DNA from: a virus
Lineage: Duplodnaviria; Caudoviricetes
IMG/VR virus record: IMGVR_UViG_3300020045_002012
Span: 1 to 59,450 of that record
DNA length: 59,450 nt
Reading direction: 5' to 3' (one strand)
A model generated the notes under the pieces. The model made no database searches, was not told where the DNA came from, and worked only from the letters and a program-made list of their open reading frames with translations. Positions 1 through 9,491 of the stretch are shown here, in pieces (within the stretch, counting starts at the first letter, position 1; every line of letters begins with the position of its first letter). A program made the translations under genes and the position numbers.

Positions 1-121
1 CTTAATCTTAGCTAGCTTTCCCACGATAGACTCCTTGTAAAAGTTAATTATAAGCCATAACTTCTGGCTGCGTGCATGGTGCTTCTTGATACTTTAAAAT
101 AAATATAGTCATCGTGCAGAG
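1..121. repeat. Terminal direct repeat, copy 1 (identical to 59330-59450); contig is circular/complete
   Basis: Bases 1-121 match 59330-59450 exactly. Confidence 0.97.
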
Positions 122-133
122 GGGATTAGAAAA

Positions 134-2053
134 TCAGGAGGTCTTTGTGAAATCTCGCCGGCACAGATAGGCCGTCCCGTTACTGATAACCGGCATTCCT
201 ACTGTGAGAGTGCCGCCTGCCGCGCTGGTCACGAACTCGTTCCCATCGATGTTATTCAGCACCGCCGCCGTGTGGTCGAATGTCATCCAGGGCGTGCGCA
301 GATTGACCTTACCGGACGACACCCCCACAGCCAGTTGTGACGGCGTGGCAAGACTTGCAAAACCATAGACATCAGTGATTACAGCCGCACCTTCGCTGCG
401 GACTACGCCGTTGATTGCGCCGGAAATTGCCGGGCCTTCGAGAATCACCTTGCCGCCTGTTTTGCGGTAGTTCGTCGGTGCGTTGACCGAAGCGATACGA
501 CCGCCACGAATGATGACAGTTGGAGCATTAGGGATTGACGACTCAAAACGGCACAACACGTCCATTGTTTCTATGTCGCAGCCATCAAAGATGATCGTTT
601 CAACAGCAGCAGTAGCGCCTGCCAGCAGCAGGAATTTTAGAGACGCATTGCCCTTGATCTTGCAATTACGGAAGACAAGCGCCTTTACCGCCGCAACGCA
701 GTAAAAGTAGAAGCCGGTTCCAGTTCCCACCCATGACAGATCAAACGTCTGATTTACAAACTCGATCAAGTCGCAGTCATTATTTATGTAGATGCCACGC
801 TTGGTCGTGTCGCCCGGCCCTTCTATGACGCAGTTTTCAACGCTCAGTTTTCGGAGCGGAGTCCGCACAGCTAAACAGTCGCCGCCCGCCGATGCGATCA
901 GCAGGTTTTTGAGCGACACATCAATCAAGTTTGCATTTGTCGGTGAAAATCCAGACCCGGCGCGAATTGCTAGGCCGTCAGCAGTGCCTGCCAGAGCGCG
1001 AGATTCGCCGCCATCGATGACGGTTCCGCTGATCGTGTACGTTGGGTCCGCATAGATGACAATCGGCCCACTTCCAGCCGTTGTGACGCGGGCAGAAATG
1101 TCACGAATGCGGGTGTTTCGAATGTTGCCCTTACAGGGCATATATCCGATAAACGACGCCGGCTCCATCGCTTGCAGCGAAACGCAGTCCTCTGCGGCCT
1201 GCCCGAATACTTTGATCGTGTTGTTGTTGCTCGGGCCGTAGAGCTTGAACGTGTCCGAATGGCCGTTAGGGTAGCTGCCAACATCGAAACTACAATTGTC
1301 GCAGCCAGCGGCTAGGACAAGGTATTTGAATACGTCCCGGCCACGGACGCGTACCGTGCTATCGGCCATAAAGGCGAGAACAAGCGCCATGCGCTCAGGC
1401 GTAGATCCTGCCCCGGCGTTGTTGGCGAAATTGTAATCAACATCAATATCAATCGTCACATTGCGCACACAGCGACGGAAAGTCACAACACCAACTGGCA
1501 CAGTAGTCGGAATGAACGGTAGGCGAGCGACCAGCACATTGCCGTCAGTGACTGATGCCACGCGGAGGACTTCCGCCCACTTTTTATCGTTGGCTTCGTC
1601 AGCCACTTGCAGCACAAATGCGTCTTGCTCAACGCATAAATGGCCTGTCGGCACAGTGATCGCGCAGACATTGCCAGCGGTCCATGCAATCGTGCAGGCC
1701 ACAGCAGCTGATTGATACGCGCTCGTCACAACCATTGCATCATTTGCCCCCGCCGGCTGCAATAGTCGCAGACCGGACAGGGTGTGAATGTGCGAATTGT
1801 CAGACAACACCTGTTTTTCATTGGCGACAGTTGAGACGTCACCTACCGTCGCCGCATTGCCAAAAACAGACCGCAAGGGGTACTCGTCATCGCCTAAATT
1901 TATGATCCCCCCGGTGAGAGGGTTAACTTTTGCCTCTACAAGCGCGTTTCCGTTCTGGTAAGTGGCCACGCTACCGTCGGCCTCCTCCCAAACTTCAAAT
2001 GTCTTGCCCTCTACTCGGTTACGAAGCTCTGATAATAGTTGTCTTACACCCAT
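134..2053 (-). CDS. Tailspike-like parallel beta-helix protein (putative depolymerase/receptor-binding protein)
   Basis: 639 aa, beta-strand-rich repeating pattern typical of right-handed beta-helices; AGGAG RBS; N-terminal 32 aa shared with the neighbouring gene. Confidence 0.65.
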   Translation of the reverse strand: MGVRQLLSELRNRVEGKTFEVWEEADGSVATYQNGNALVEAKVNPLTGGIINLGDDEYPLRSVFGNAATVGDVSTVANEKQVLSDNSHIHTLSGLRLLQPAGANDAMVVTSAYQSAAVACTIAWTAGNVCAITVPTGHLCVEQDAFVLQVADEANDKKWAEVLRVASVTDGNVLVARLPFIPTTVPVGVVTFRRCVRNVTIDIDVDYNFANNAGAGSTPERMALVLAFMADSTVRVRGRDVFKYLVLAAGCDNCSFDVGSYPNGHSDTFKLYGPSNNNTIKVFGQAAEDCVSLQAMEPASFIGYMPCKGNIRNTRIRDISARVTTAGSGPIVIYADPTYTISGTVIDGGESRALAGTADGLAIRAGSGFSPTNANLIDVSLKNLLIASAGGDCLAVRTPLRKLSVENCVIEGPGDTTKRGIYINNDCDLIEFVNQTFDLSWVGTGTGFYFYCVAAVKALVFRNCKIKGNASLKFLLLAGATAAVETIIFDGCDIETMDVLCRFESSIPNAPTVIIRGGRIASVNAPTNYRKTGGKVILEGPAISGAINGVVRSEGAAVITDVYGFASLATPSQLAVGVSSGKVNLRTPWMTFDHTAAVLNNIDGNEFVTSAAGGTLTVGMPVISNGTAYLCRRDFTKTS

Positions 2054-2070
2054 GCTATTCTCCTAGTGGC

Positions 2071-2739
2071 CTACTTTGTTCCGATATTTTTAGAGCCAAC
2101 AGTATTACACTTGATATGCATCTGCAACATGGTACACCATGGGTCAGCTGTGGGAGCTACGTCCACAGCTGTAACACGCTTAAGCCTAGCAAAGACTTGC
2201 GCGCCTATCCTAGCGTCGGGGGTAAACGTAGTGATGCTACAAATAATGTGCGTCTTGTCAGGCGTATTGGCAGGAATCATAATGTCAAGGGACTGTGCTA
2301 CTACGGCCGAAGCAAGAACCCCGCCGAACGTTGCCCATGTGTACTCAACTTCCCACTTGACGAACTTGTCTATAGTCTCTAAGCCATTAGTGAACATGTG
2401 GCAGTGAAAGTGTATGTCTGTGCCTTCCTGCCAGCCATGTATCAGTTCTTGGCCCTCGCAAATGCTGTAGTCATTAACTGCCCACTGTGGCGCGGTGATA
2501 TTACCGATAAACGTTGCTGGGGTAGGATTGTTTGTTACCGCAGTTCGAGCAATAATAGGAAAGTCCACATCAACCCAGTTTGGCGCGTCATCAGTAGGCA
2601 CGCCTAAAGCACCATGCTCACCCGTATGATCTAAGCCGTTACAGTACCACTTTACGGCGCCGTTAGCTTCTTCCCATATTTCATAAGTCTTAGCCTCCAC
2701 GCGGTTGCGAAGCTCGGTAAGCAAAGTTCTAACACCCAT
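2071..2739 (-). CDS. Putative virion structural protein with shared N-terminal anchor
   Basis: 222 aa; N-terminus MGVRTLLTELRNRVEAKTYEIWEEANG is nearly identical to that of 134-2053; GGGGA RBS. Confidence 0.6.
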   Translation of the reverse strand: MGVRTLLTELRNRVEAKTYEIWEEANGAVKWYCNGLDHTGEHGALGVPTDDAPNWVDVDFPIIARTAVTNNPTPATFIGNITAPQWAVNDYSICEGQELIHGWQEGTDIHFHCHMFTNGLETIDKFVKWEVEYTWATFGGVLASAVVAQSLDIMIPANTPDKTHIICSITTFTPDARIGAQVFARLKRVTAVDVAPTADPWCTMLQMHIKCNTVGSKNIGTK

Positions 2740-2825
2740 AGCTATCCCCTATTACCTTCCAAGGACTACGCCTGCGGGCCTTAGCCCTTTCCCTGCGCCG
2801 CCTCTTCTCTTTGCTCTTGCTCACG

Positions 2826-3293
2826 CTAGTAGCCCGCCTGCCCTGCGATACTATCCTGCAGCTTGTTGAGCATCAGCGTGGTCGCGACACAGTCATTAAG
2901 CGCTGCATCTCCAATGGTAGCAGATACTGGGACGGCCCAGGAGTCATCAAGCTCTCCGGTGGCCGGAACACTTGCGTCGGTATTGGGGGTGCAACGCTGC
3001 ACCCCGCACTTACCAGCAGCCACGCACCTGCGATAAACATTCCCAGCATCGATATCTTTCTGGAGAGCCGCCTTCGCCTGTATAAAGTCATCCGACACCT
3101 TCTTTCGTTGTGCATTGGCAGCGTCAATTTGCTGCTGAATTAGCACTTGCTGGTCGATCTTGTACTGCGCAAACTCCTGCTCGGCGTGGATCAGCCGTAG
3201 CTCCTGGATACCGAATGCTAGGCCGAATCCCGCGATCATTGCTACGGCGTAGGGTGCAGCGCTCTTCAAGAGGGCAAAAAGTAGCGCGCTCAT
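2826..3293 (-). CDS. Rz-like inner-membrane spanin
   Basis: N-terminal hydrophobic helix then coiled coil; follows endolysin and holin; contains a nested lipoprotein ORF. Confidence 0.75.
   Translation of the reverse strand: MSALLFALLKSAAPYAVAMIAGFGLAFGIQELRLIHAEQEFAQYKIDQQVLIQQQIDAANAQRKKVSDDFIQAKAALQKDIDAGNVYRRCVAAGKCGVQRCTPNTDASVPATGELDDSWAVPVSATIGDAALNDCVATTLMLNKLQDSIAGQAGY
2873..3091 (-). CDS. Rz1-like outer-membrane lipoprotein spanin nested in Rz
   Basis: Alternative frame MTLYRRRRLSRKISMLGMFIAGAWLLVSAG|C: basic n-region, hydrophobic h-region, lipobox, then Pro-rich mature part. Start codon is my choice. Confidence 0.7.
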   Translation of the reverse strand: MTLYRRRRLSRKISMLGMFIAGAWLLVSAGCSVAPPIPTQVFRPPESLMTPGPSQYLLPLEMQRLMTVSRPR

Positions 3294-3514
3294 ATGCTCT
3301 TAGTCTCTTGCATTATCTTGAAGGCCCATCCGGCTAAAAGGGTGGCAGGGCCGGTCACAGCCGCAATGACGGCGGCAGTTCCCAAGCCATCTAAGTGACT
3401 GCTCGCTGCAAACTGCTTCGCCCACATCTGACAGTCTATCAGCATCCACATGGCAATCGCCACTATCGAAGTGCTGCGTACCCGATGCCGATTCAGCCAT
3501 GTGCTAACCCCCAT
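3290..3514 (-). CDS. Putative holin (two transmembrane segments)
   Basis: ATG at 3514 overlaps the endolysin stop (TGATG); two hydrophobic stretches; lies between endolysin and spanins. Confidence 0.6.
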   Translation of the reverse strand: MGVSTWLNRHRVRSTSIVAIAMWMLIDCQMWAKQFAASSHLDGLGTAAVIAAVTGPATLLAGWAFKIMQETKSI

Positions 3515-3936
3515 CACGGATAAAATACTCGGTGGCCTGAATGCGGTGGCCTGATAGTCCAATGACTCCAACTTGACGTAGCATTTGGATGCTCAATGTA
3601 AATGCCGCACTGCTCAAGTTCTTCGCCGGCTCGGCTATGTGCTAAGCACCAAGCATCCATCTTGCCATCAGGGTCATAACGATCAACGGCAAGGCCTTCT
3701 TTGTGGCTAGACTTAGCTGCGCCTATCAAACAATTCTTAGGGCGAAATCCGCCGTATTGCGTGCCGCTCACATTAGACTTGGTGCTGGGATTGACCAGGA
3801 AATTAACACCTTGCTCTCTAGCCAGCACCTCAAGCTTAGCGCAGGCCGCAAGCAAACGCTTTGCGTTGTCCTTGGCTTCCTCAGTGGCGTCAGGGTGGCT
3901 AATGAACTTGCCAAAGTACTGCTCCAGTGTAATCAT
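3514..3936 (-). CDS. Endolysin, peptidase M15-like Zn peptidase
   Basis: GGFR...SSHKEGLAVD...WSHW matches the SxHxxGxAxD...WxH pattern of M15 peptidases. Confidence 0.8.
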   Translation of the reverse strand: MITLEQYFGKFISHPDATEEAKDNAKRLLAACAKLEVLAREQGVNFLVNPSTKSNVSGTQYGGFRPKNCLIGAAKSSHKEGLAVDRYDPDGKMDAWCLAHSRAGEELEQCGIYIEHPNATSSWSHWTIRPPHSGHRVFYP

Positions 3937-4385
3937 CGTCTTGCCTCCAAGTTCTTTAGGCGTGAGTCGTATACTGCGTGCTCAGAATGCGCGCTCTTCA
4001 GTGCAAGGTCGATGTCGGTAAATTGTGTTCGCACCTGCAACCACAGACTAACACCTATTAACTGTGCTATGCCTAAAACCCAAGCCATTACCTTCCAGGC
4101 TCCGCGACCTTGATTCATTAGGGCTTCTTCATTGGCGGCATGAAGCTCAAAATTATCAAGATGAGTCTCTAGCTTTTCAGATATGTCCCTAACCGTACTT
4201 GTGTTAGCAAGAAGACTTTGATTTATGGAGTTTAGCACTATCAGGAAGGCCCGTTGCTTTTGGTCAGGCTCGTTGATAATCATCTGCTCAATATCTAGTG
4301 GGAGCCTGTCTGCTGCACGTCTAGGTTCCCCATCCCACGCGCCCTCTTTTGCTACACTTGGACCAACCATACCGAAAATCTCCAC
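3933..4385 (-). CDS. Hypothetical membrane protein at the start of the lysis cluster
   Basis: 150 aa, coiled coil plus one TM helix (VMAWVLGIAQLIGVSLWL); overlaps the endolysin start. Confidence 0.55.
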   Translation of the reverse strand: MEIFGMVGPSVAKEGAWDGEPRRAADRLPLDIEQMIINEPDQKQRAFLIVLNSINQSLLANTSTVRDISEKLETHLDNFELHAANEEALMNQGRGAWKVMAWVLGIAQLIGVSLWLQVRTQFTDIDLALKSAHSEHAVYDSRLKNLEARR

Positions 4386-4387
4386 GG

Positions 4388-7111
4388 CTATTCAGCAATT
4401 ATTTGAACTTTACGCATACCTATAGTGCCAGTGGCCGGGTCCGTAATTAGCTCAGCCGGCGCGCTCATTTGCGACACAACCGCCTTTAAGCCATCCACAG
4501 TTGTAGCTAGCGCGTCGCCTGTCTTAGCCTCTTCAATCTGGTCTAGCATGTCTTGCATCTGCTTGAGCATTGGACTGAAGTCAGGGGCTGAAGGCGTAGC
4601 CTCAACTTGTTCCTTAAGCTCCATCATCTTCAATTGAAGCGCAGTTTCGTTGTCGTCCCGATTCTTCATCAGCTCGGTCATTTGCTTTTGCGTGTTATCG
4701 GCCTCGTTCTTTTGAAGCTCTATCATCTGCTGAAACTTAGCACGATCGTCCTCTCGCTGCATCCTCTCAACCTCAAGTTTAGCCTCAAACTCATGTTTCA
4801 TTGACTCGATCATCGGTGCAGCGCTAAGCTCCCGCTTTTTGAGCTGAGACTCAAATTGGAACTTGTACTGTTCGAACTGCTGCGAAAGCTGCGCTAGCTG
4901 CTGCTCGCCTTGAAGCTTGGCTTGAGCCAGCTGCATATTTGCTTGGTCAGACTGGGTCTTTTGCTGGATCTGCGCCATGGCCACTTCCTTAGTCGCGGCA
5001 ATAGCTGGGTCAACTTGCGGAGGTGGCGACTTCGACTGAACTACTTGCATGGCTTCATTGAGCAGTGGGAGCAATGCCTGTGCCTCCTTGCTAATATGAT
5101 CCTGTGCTTGCATAGCTGCCTGGAGCGATAACTGGTCAGGGCTCAGGCCTGGCTGCTGTTCTTTAACGAGCAGCTCAGTGGCCATAGCGATGTGCTGGTA
5201 GTCTAGCAACATATGCTGGCTCACATGGTCCATAATCTTAGCTAGCGCGGGACCGGTCATTCCAGGTCCTTGTGCCATCAGAGGCTGAAGCACAAACATT
5301 AGATGTACTTTGATATGCGCCGGGTGGTCCTGTTGAAGAACTGCCTTAGCTGGAATACCTTGCATAATAGCCAGGTTCTCGCTGACTGGGTCTGCTGTGA
5401 CTGGCTGTACTTGCTTCGGTAGAAGCTCATCAATGCCATCCACCCTAAGCAGCTCAAGCATACGACGGCGAATTGCCAGCTTATTCCATTGAATAGAAGG
5501 ATCTTGGCCATCGGCAGATGATAGCTGGAGGACAGCTTGCATCTGAGCATAGCGCTGAGTTTCACTGAAGATATTAGGGTCAGAGACTGGCTCTACGTCA
5601 TCGGTGCTCAAGAAGTCTGCTGGGGCTAGTCCGAAGCGGCCCATGTCAGCCATTGCGTGCTCGGGGTAATCCGCTAACAGCCTACAAATAATTTGCAACG
5701 CGCGGCGCTGAGAATTGTGAAGGCGCGAGTGGATACTGGAAAATACCTGTGACCCTTGCTCAATTAGGGCTAGTGCCGTGCCAACCGGCATACGGTCGGA
5801 CACATCAGAAATCTTCTCCTCAGCTGTAGCTACTACACCCTTAGCCTGGTCTGTCAGCCACTGAACCATGCTATACAACACTTGGCTCGGCGGATTGAAC
5901 GGGAGCGGCATCATAATCTTGCGGATGTCGTCTACGCCAGGCGGTGCCTCTACCTCAGTTATAGCAGTGAGGTCCAAGTTGATATTCTGACCACTTGTGC
6001 GTGCGCCCTTCATGCGCACGGCTGTAGGCATATTGTTGATATGCGCTGAGTCGAGCAATGCCCGAATTCCGCCTGTAAGCGCTGCAGATAGCCCGCCAAT
6101 TAACTGCGGTAAGCCGATACCATAAGCTCCACGCCATGGCAGGAACTTGCTCTCAACTACCCAAGCTAGCTCTTCCTCGTTCTCATCAGACTCTTTCCAA
6201 TTACGGTAAATTGCTGCAACGCGCTCGCTGGACTGGTCAATGTGAATGATGTAAGGCTTGCGACCAGTGCCGTCTACATCATAGTGCGCTGAAACCTCAT
6301 AGATTATTCGGACACCATCTTCATTATACCCAGAGGCTTCCTTGCCCTCTACCTTTTCAGACGAGGCCTGCGAAGCGGTTGGCTCGAGGTTAGTGTCCTC
6401 TAGGCCAAATACGTCTTCGTAGAACCCAGACTCTACTTGTGCCTCGATCCACTCTTCAGTCCGCTCTTGTTCCTCTGTCTTGCGTGAGGCTGTGTAGAAC
6501 GAGTTGGACGAGTACGGCAGATACACCTTGTCAATTGGCAAGAATGCCATACGGATGCGTTTGCCATCAAACCAGAACTTCTCAAACTGCGAGCCGCCAA
6601 GCGGAAGCTGCGTAAGCATCGTCTCCTTCTCAGAGCGATACTCCGGCATTCTCGTAGTTAGGTAGAAGTTAAGGAAGTCCCGCTTTTTGCCTGCCTTCTC
6701 AATAGTGGCATCGTCATGGTCGCTGCCTACAAGGTGCGTACGCACTGGGCCATTAGCAGGAAATAGCTCTTTGATGGCACGAGCGGAGAAGTCGACGCAG
6801 CCTTCGGCCATTACGGGGTGGACTACCTTAGAGGCGCCTTCAAAAGTGGCACCACCTGGCGCGTCATCACCGAGTCCAGTACGCCGAATGCCCTCAGACT
6901 GCTGCTCGTCTCGGTCTTTACGAGATTCCTTGTCACGCTCAATAAGCTCAATAAGCGTCGCCGATATTGAGTTGAGCTCTGAGGTACTCAGCACAGCGGC
7001 TAGATTAGCTCCAAAGTCATCATCAGACTCAACGGCGTCTTCTGCAATATCGTCAATCAACGCTCCGCCATCTGGCAGCTCGGTTACTCCGGGAATGGGA
7101 CTATCTAGCAT
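4388..7111 (-). CDS. Portal protein
   Basis: 907 aa; GASKVVHPVMAEGCVDF..ELFPANGPV motif, P22-like long Gln-rich C-terminal coiled coil; downstream of terL. Confidence 0.88.
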   Translation of the reverse strand: MLDSPIPGVTELPDGGALIDDIAEDAVESDDDFGANLAAVLSTSELNSISATLIELIERDKESRKDRDEQQSEGIRRTGLGDDAPGGATFEGASKVVHPVMAEGCVDFSARAIKELFPANGPVRTHLVGSDHDDATIEKAGKKRDFLNFYLTTRMPEYRSEKETMLTQLPLGGSQFEKFWFDGKRIRMAFLPIDKVYLPYSSNSFYTASRKTEEQERTEEWIEAQVESGFYEDVFGLEDTNLEPTASQASSEKVEGKEASGYNEDGVRIIYEVSAHYDVDGTGRKPYIIHIDQSSERVAAIYRNWKESDENEEELAWVVESKFLPWRGAYGIGLPQLIGGLSAALTGGIRALLDSAHINNMPTAVRMKGARTSGQNINLDLTAITEVEAPPGVDDIRKIMMPLPFNPPSQVLYSMVQWLTDQAKGVVATAEEKISDVSDRMPVGTALALIEQGSQVFSSIHSRLHNSQRRALQIICRLLADYPEHAMADMGRFGLAPADFLSTDDVEPVSDPNIFSETQRYAQMQAVLQLSSADGQDPSIQWNKLAIRRRMLELLRVDGIDELLPKQVQPVTADPVSENLAIMQGIPAKAVLQQDHPAHIKVHLMFVLQPLMAQGPGMTGPALAKIMDHVSQHMLLDYQHIAMATELLVKEQQPGLSPDQLSLQAAMQAQDHISKEAQALLPLLNEAMQVVQSKSPPPQVDPAIAATKEVAMAQIQQKTQSDQANMQLAQAKLQGEQQLAQLSQQFEQYKFQFESQLKKRELSAAPMIESMKHEFEAKLEVERMQREDDRAKFQQMIELQKNEADNTQKQMTELMKNRDDNETALQLKMMELKEQVEATPSAPDFSPMLKQMQDMLDQIEEAKTGDALATTVDGLKAVVSQMSAPAELITDPATGTIGMRKVQIIAE

Positions 7112-9467
7112 GTTTTGCCCTCAGTTGCGCTATTATACCGCGAAGTTCACCAACAGAACCGCCTTTTGCGAAATTAGGATTATTTTTACGCCAAGCATCA
7201 ATCTCTTCCTGCGTGGCGTAGTCGCCTAGCCCAGAGCCCCCAAAGATGTTCTGTTCAAGGCGCCCGAGACCGGTATTCTCTAAGTCACCCACATCACTCC
7301 ATTTACCTGATTTGACGAAATCTTGGACAAAAGGTAGGTACTCTTGACTCGGTGCTTGGTTCTGCTTGCCTTTAATTTGCGCAATGCGACGTTCTAGTGG
7401 CCGGGCATAGTATTCCTCCGCCTCAGGCGAGCTGCGGATAGCGTCATGCCATGCTGTATTACCCTCGTCCTCTAGACTAAACAATTTATCTATTTCGGCC
7501 TGGCGCTCTGGGGTCATATGATAACGCCAAATGTAGTCAGTATTGTCCGGCTCCGCTTTGGCCTCAGGCACAACTTCAATAGTGACATGTGGTTGCCCCT
7601 TCGCATCCCGCAGTGAGTAGATCTGAGATTTACCTGAGGCCACGTCATCACAGTACCCGCCAATACAATGGCCCATTACATCGCCCTCAAATTTTAGAGC
7701 ATCTTGAAGTAGCGCTTTCGCGTTTTTAGCCTTAGCGTCTGCCATTGCCTCGTCGTAACTACCAAATGGCGGCGAGTATCTTTTATGCTCATCTTTGGCA
7801 TCAAGCGCGTACGACTTAAAATTGCCTGGCGAGGTCTCATCAACTCCGACAGACTTGCTTAGCGGAAAGTCTCCCTTTGGCAAGCCTAACTCAGTCCACC
7901 TCAACCCCTTAGGGTTCGGGGTAGTGTCACTGTGTGGATACTCCTTGTGCAATACTGTTGCGGCATTGTTGGCTTTGGACTTATTGGCCAGCGCCATCTG
8001 CTCAGCCCGCCATTGATTGATAGCCGCAACTCGCTCAACGGCTTGTGGCATCGTAACCTTGTCTAGCCGATCAACGGGGAATTGTAAGCTAGGCGGAAGA
8101 CCTGACTCGGGGTCTACTGCATTGGATAGCTCATCAATGAGATGGTCGAAGCCAAGTCTGCTGCCCCCAGGCGAAATAGCTAAGAGCTCGTTAACTGGGG
8201 TATCTTTAGCTACGTCAACCCCGCCACCAAAAGTAGCCCCTCGCTCGATGGCGGACAGGTCTCCTGCTTGCTGTGGGCGCACCAGCGAGTCACTGAGCGT
8301 CTCCCATTGCTGCGCTGCTGGACTAATGCCGACGGCATCTTTCCTACCTGCTTGTCTGTGAGACCTTGCTAGCGCGCTAGATCTGTCAACCAAGTTAGCG
8401 TTAGGCGTAAAGTGTAATGGATTGCGTTCTTGGATATTCTGCATGCTCTCGGTTAGCGCCTCAATATCCTTATCAATGTACTCTTGCACGTTCTTTGGCG
8501 ATACTGCGCGCTTTGCCATCAGCTTGTCAATCTTAGACTGCTGCGCAGCTAGCAATGCCTTCTGCTTAGCCGGCCAAGCCTCAGCAATTTGGCGTACTGG
8601 GTCCTGCTGTGTCGCCATATCGTTCTTGACATACCTAGCTAGCGGCTTATCTACCCAGTTATTGATAGCTTTTTGCGCAATTGACTGTTTGCCTCGGTAT
8701 GCGGCTGGGTGGGTCTTCAGGTCTTGTAGCACATCTTCTACAGAGCCACTCAACCAGTTGCCGCCGCCTTCTTTAACTATGCTCGGTATGCCGCGGCGAG
8801 CGGGGCCAGCTTCTGCGCTTAATCTTGTAGCAAGGCGAGCTAGGCCTCCGCCTGCAAAATTCTTAGGCGACTTAAGCAGGCCTTTAACTGTTTTTGCCCC
8901 CGTGCCAATCTCGCCTAGCCCAAGCAAGTTACTTGGATTCAACAAGCTCCCAGCCAGCTCAGCTTTGTCATAGCCTGACGGGAACCTACTAGCAGGCTCA
9001 GGTGTTTCGCCTAGTAGCTCTGAAATAGTATTTGACGCGGCTAAGAACCGGTTTGGCGACTTAGTGCCCCTAACTGCATCCAGCGCCATCTCAGCCGCGT
9101 CAGTCACCATCAGCGGGGACGCTAACATGCTGCTGATACCCCTGCGGATATTCGCCCCGTGGAGGAAGCCTTCTTTAGCTGACTCATGCGCTGGCGCCCA
9201 ATTAGACTCCGTCATCTCTGGGGGCTGGGTGCCTCGCTGCAACCACGACGGTAACTTGGTAAGCCCAGCAGGAAGCTCAGGATACTCCTCCATTTGCCGC
9301 TTAGCTTGTGATCGTGCCCTAAATGACGCCGGGATATTGTCCTGGTCGTAAGCATTGAGCCTAGCCGCCAACTCTGATAGCTGCTCCGCAACTTTGGGCG
9401 ATGCCTTCTGGCCTTTCCATGACGCAAGAATGTCTCTAAGATCCTGTATTGACGTAGAACTGGCCAT
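7101..9467 (-). CDS. Large putative virion cargo protein with a PcfJ-like domain
   Basis: LKFEGDVMGHCIGGY...IYSLRD...PHVTIEV...QIKGKQNQAP resembles PcfJ-like domains; FAGGGL at aa 204 and FAKGGSV at aa 766. Confidence 0.6.
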   Translation of the reverse strand: MASSTSIQDLRDILASWKGQKASPKVAEQLSELAARLNAYDQDNIPASFRARSQAKRQMEEYPELPAGLTKLPSWLQRGTQPPEMTESNWAPAHESAKEGFLHGANIRRGISSMLASPLMVTDAAEMALDAVRGTKSPNRFLAASNTISELLGETPEPASRFPSGYDKAELAGSLLNPSNLLGLGEIGTGAKTVKGLLKSPKNFAGGGLARLATRLSAEAGPARRGIPSIVKEGGGNWLSGSVEDVLQDLKTHPAAYRGKQSIAQKAINNWVDKPLARYVKNDMATQQDPVRQIAEAWPAKQKALLAAQQSKIDKLMAKRAVSPKNVQEYIDKDIEALTESMQNIQERNPLHFTPNANLVDRSSALARSHRQAGRKDAVGISPAAQQWETLSDSLVRPQQAGDLSAIERGATFGGGVDVAKDTPVNELLAISPGGSRLGFDHLIDELSNAVDPESGLPPSLQFPVDRLDKVTMPQAVERVAAINQWRAEQMALANKSKANNAATVLHKEYPHSDTTPNPKGLRWTELGLPKGDFPLSKSVGVDETSPGNFKSYALDAKDEHKRYSPPFGSYDEAMADAKAKNAKALLQDALKFEGDVMGHCIGGYCDDVASGKSQIYSLRDAKGQPHVTIEVVPEAKAEPDNTDYIWRYHMTPERQAEIDKLFSLEDEGNTAWHDAIRSSPEAEEYYARPLERRIAQIKGKQNQAPSQEYLPFVQDFVKSGKWSDVGDLENTGLGRLEQNIFGGSGLGDYATQEEIDAWRKNNPNFAKGGSVGELRGIIAQLRAKHAR

Positions 9468-9491
9468 GATTAAGTCTCCTTGCTTAGTATT

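Noticed and set aside
1-121. 121-bp terminal repeat as the biological genome end
   Set aside because: It cuts through the start of the 54-aa gene and looks like an assembler overlap on a circular contig. Real termini more plausibly lie in 13200-16650.
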